DNA from: an uncultured Clostridia bacterium
GTDB lineage: Bacteria; Bacillota; Clostridia; TANB77; CAG-508
Reading direction: 5' to 3'
Assembly (NCBI GenBank): GCA_934162365.1
Contig: CAKPIK010000001.1
Location: 170,877 to 234,876, forward strand
Length of the DNA: 64,000 nt
Shown here: one piece after another, positions 61,864 through 64,000 of the stretch
Layout: every line of letters starts with the position of its first letter
Position numbering within the stretch: the first letter of the stretch is position 1
Made by a program: the position numbers and the translations under genes
Notes under the pieces: model-generated
Databases searched by the model: none
What the model saw: only the letters and a program-made list of their open reading frames with translations
What the model was told of the DNA's origin: nothing

Positions 61864-62926
61864 AAAGGGCGAAGGAGCAGTTGGAAATGCAGTAGAAGCT
61901 GGAAATGATTATGCAGATATATTTAGAAATGATAAACAAAAAGAAAAGAAAGCACGTAAAGAATTTAGATCAGACAGAAAACAAGTTAATAATGCTATAA
62001 ATAGCTTTAAAAAGAATAATGATGGAAAAGAACCATCAGCAGACGAATTAAAGAAAGAGATAGACGATAGATTTGAACTTTCAAGATATGGTTTGTCTGA
62101 TGATGAAATTGATGATATATTACCTGAATATCAAGATAAAGTGCAAGAACTTATGGATAAAGGAAAGACAGAGGATGAAGCAAGAAAAATAGCAGGAGAC
62201 CAAGAAAAATATACTTCTCAATTAGCTAAAGCATATAGCTTAAAAGATTTTAGGGATAGCAAAACAATGAGTGGAGCATTAACACAATTAACTAAGGGAT
62301 TAGGCTCTGAAGACGCTGCAAGAAGATATTTGACAAATGCTGCTAAAATGAAAGGAGTTAATGCAGCGGAAGTTGCTTTACCACCTAAACAAATTACATT
62401 ACCACCAGAAATAGTTGAAAGAAATAATGCTATAGGAAGCTTAAAAGCTAGAGGAGTTGACAAACCAACAGAAATTGAAATTAACCAAGAACTCGATTTA
62501 CATAAACAAATGATTGACAATGGATTCTCTGAGGCTCAAATAAAAGAATTAAACGACATGTCAAATGGAAATAATGATTATGTTGTAAAAGTTAATACAA
62601 CATTAAAAATGCATGCTGAATGGAAAAAAGGAAGCAATGATAATGTCGCTAAAATAGTCGGAAAAAATGCAAGTAAAGATGAGGCAAATACTGAGATAAT
62701 TGAACAAGTAAAACTAGAATCAATGGGAGTTAGCAAAGAAAAAATGGCTGATACTAGAATGCTTGAATTAGATTATTCAAAAGGTAATACTCAGAAGTTA
62801 GATAAAGCAAGAGCTTTAGGAAAAAAAGCCTTGAAGAATGGCGGTAAATTGTCTGCTAAAGATAAATTATCAAATGATATAGATGCAGTTGCATTAGCTG
62901 AAACTTATGCAGATGCAATTAAATAA
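61745..62926 (+). CDS. Gly-rich then charged helical protein (393 aa). Possibly the C-terminal continuation of the VirB6-like gene via the A7 frameshift site.
   Basis: The ORF overlaps the previous one by 119 nt in the +1 frame. This frame is open from 61715, just upstream of the A7 run (61722-61728). TTG start. Confidence 0.45.
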   Translation: MKTAATGAGALAGGTLSFMMGQGFGKGALAGGTIGNTLYKKGEGAVGNAVEAGNDYADIFRNDKQKEKKARKEFRSDRKQVNNAINSFKKNNDGKEPSADELKKEIDDRFELSRYGLSDDEIDDILPEYQDKVQELMDKGKTEDEARKIAGDQEKYTSQLAKAYSLKDFRDSKTMSGALTQLTKGLGSEDAARRYLTNAAKMKGVNAAEVALPPKQITLPPEIVERNNAIGSLKARGVDKPTEIEINQELDLHKQMIDNGFSEAQIKELNDMSNGNNDYVVKVNTTLKMHAEWKKGSNDNVAKIVGKNASKDEANTEIIEQVKLESMGVSKEKMADTRMLELDYSKGNTQKLDKARALGKKALKNGGKLSAKDKLSNDIDAVALAETYADAIK

Positions 62927-62944
62927 TATTAAAGGAGGTTTACT

Positions 62945-63436
62945 ATGGATATAAAAAGAAACGTAAGATTATTTTTTGTATCATATGGTAAACTTCTTTT
63001 TGAAATTTTATTTGTTATAGCATTAATAATATTAGGTTTGCAATATTTAAATAAAAAAGTGGCAGAACCAAAACAAGTAAGTGCACAAATAAATATTGAA
63101 AATACAAATAATGTTCAAAATATTCAACAAGATAAAAATATTATTTCCACATTTTTAGAATATTGTAAAAATAATCAAGTACAAGAAGCGTATGCAATGT
63201 TATCTGAAAATTGTAAAAAAGAAAAATATAATTCAATAGATTTATTTAATAAAAATTATATGCAGAAATATTTTCGTATTGATATTGAAGAATATAAAGT
63301 ATATATCTTAAACAAAAATTATGTGGCAGAAATTAAAGAAAGTGCAATATCAAGTGGAAAAGTAGATTCAATAGAAAAGCTTGAGTTTAGTATAGAAAGT
63401 GAAGTATTAGAAAATAAAATATACATTTATGATTAA
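62945..63436 (+). CDS. hypothetical bitopic membrane protein (163 aa)
   Basis: RBS AAAGGAGG, one N-terminal TM. Confidence 0.4.
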   Translation: MDIKRNVRLFFVSYGKLLFEILFVIALIILGLQYLNKKVAEPKQVSAQINIENTNNVQNIQQDKNIISTFLEYCKNNQVQEAYAMLSENCKKEKYNSIDLFNKNYMQKYFRIDIEEYKVYILNKNYVAEIKESAISSGKVDSIEKLEFSIESEVLENKIYIYD

Positions 63437-63450
63437 ATTTAGGAGAAATT

Positions 63451-64000
63451 CATGGGAGAAGGACAAAGCATAGGAGATATAATAAAAAATAAATTTAAAC
63501 AAGCCGGAAAAAATGTAGGAAAAGCAATGCTAAAAAAATTAAAATTTCTTACACCATATATAGCAATTGGAATAGGAATATTATTAATAGCATCTTTCAT
63601 CCTATGCTTATTTATCGATGCCGGAAGTATAGGAGTAAAAGCACTTGATGAAAGCTACCAAAATTCTTCTGTGGCAGCATGGGAACAATTTATTAGGTAT
63701 TTACATATTGCTGAAGGAGGAGGAAGCGTAACTAAAAACTCATCTGGAGAAGACTGTTATACAGTTCAAAATGGGGCTGTTGGTTATGGAGTAGATATTG
63801 CAACTCATGGAGATAAATTAAGGGCACAAGGTTATGATACATCAGAGGGATCTTTAATTCCGGTATCAGTAGTCGATCCAATAGAAAATGAAGTTGTAAA
63901 AGCTAGATATAATGATATAGAAAATTTAGTAAACGCAAATGGAATACAATTAACACAATATCAAATATTTGCATTAGTATCTAGAACTTATAATTATGGC
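63451..64000 (+). CDS. partial ORF (open at the window end). N-terminal TM, then a domain that may be a cell-wall hydrolase of the T4SS (VirB1-like role).
   Basis: RBS AGGAG. MGEGQSIGDIIKN..IAIGIGILLIASFILCLF TM helix. The remainder is soluble (YLHIAEGGGSVTKNSSGEDCYTV...). The function is inferred from position only. Confidence 0.35.

Larger units (their letters stand above)
54333..64000. mobile_element. Gram-positive type IV secretion (conjugation-like, MPF-FA-type) gene module, continuing beyond the window
   Basis: A co-oriented cluster of three VirB2-like pilin paralogs, a VirB3-like protein, a VirB4-like ATPase, a VirB6-like polytopic protein and a putative wall hydrolase. No relaxase or coupling protein is seen within the window. 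Confidence 0.5.

Overview
This is an AT-rich (roughly 27-30% GC) Firmicutes chromosome segment from a spore-former. abrB, spo0E-like, spmA/spmB and GerMN genes are present and codon usage looks Clostridium-like. Left to right, the window holds the following.

(1) A single-gene bimodular NRPS (C-A-T-C-A-T-R, 2464 aa) on the minus strand, followed by a partial membrane protein.

(2) tRNA-Arg(TCT), spmB/spmA, and an initiator-type tRNA-Met(CAT).

(3) An about 16 kb tyrosine-integrase island abutting the tRNA-fMet 3' end. A 16-19 nt copy of the tRNA anticodon arm at about 25.97 kb looks like the distal att repeat. The island is packed with defense-type genes: HTH-Fic, a SAM methyltransferase, a MazG-like NTPase, a DUF2075-like PD-(D/E)xK plus SF1 helicase protein, a coiled-coil/Mrr-type endonuclease, an AbiL-like AAA ATPase plus RloB pair, and several uncharacterized gene pairs.

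(4) A HEPN-motif gene pair and a Cys-rich membrane protein.

(5) A core housekeeping block: T-box leader and aspS, a small GC-rich ORF, a Cys-rich protein, an E2-like acyltransferase, GerMN, trmN6-like, rsmI, abrB, rpoB, rpoC, gdpP, rplI, dnaB, tilS, ftsH, rpsU, an M16 peptidase pair and a spo0E-like gene.

(6) From about 54.3 kb to the window end, a Gram-positive type IV secretion (conjugation-like) module: three VirB2-like pilin paralogs, VirB3-like, VirB4-like ATPase, VirB6-like and a putative wall hydrolase. An A7 homopolymer sits where two ORFs overlap.

No CRISPR array or rRNA was seen. Coordinates of non-coding features are hand-counted and may be off by a few nt.
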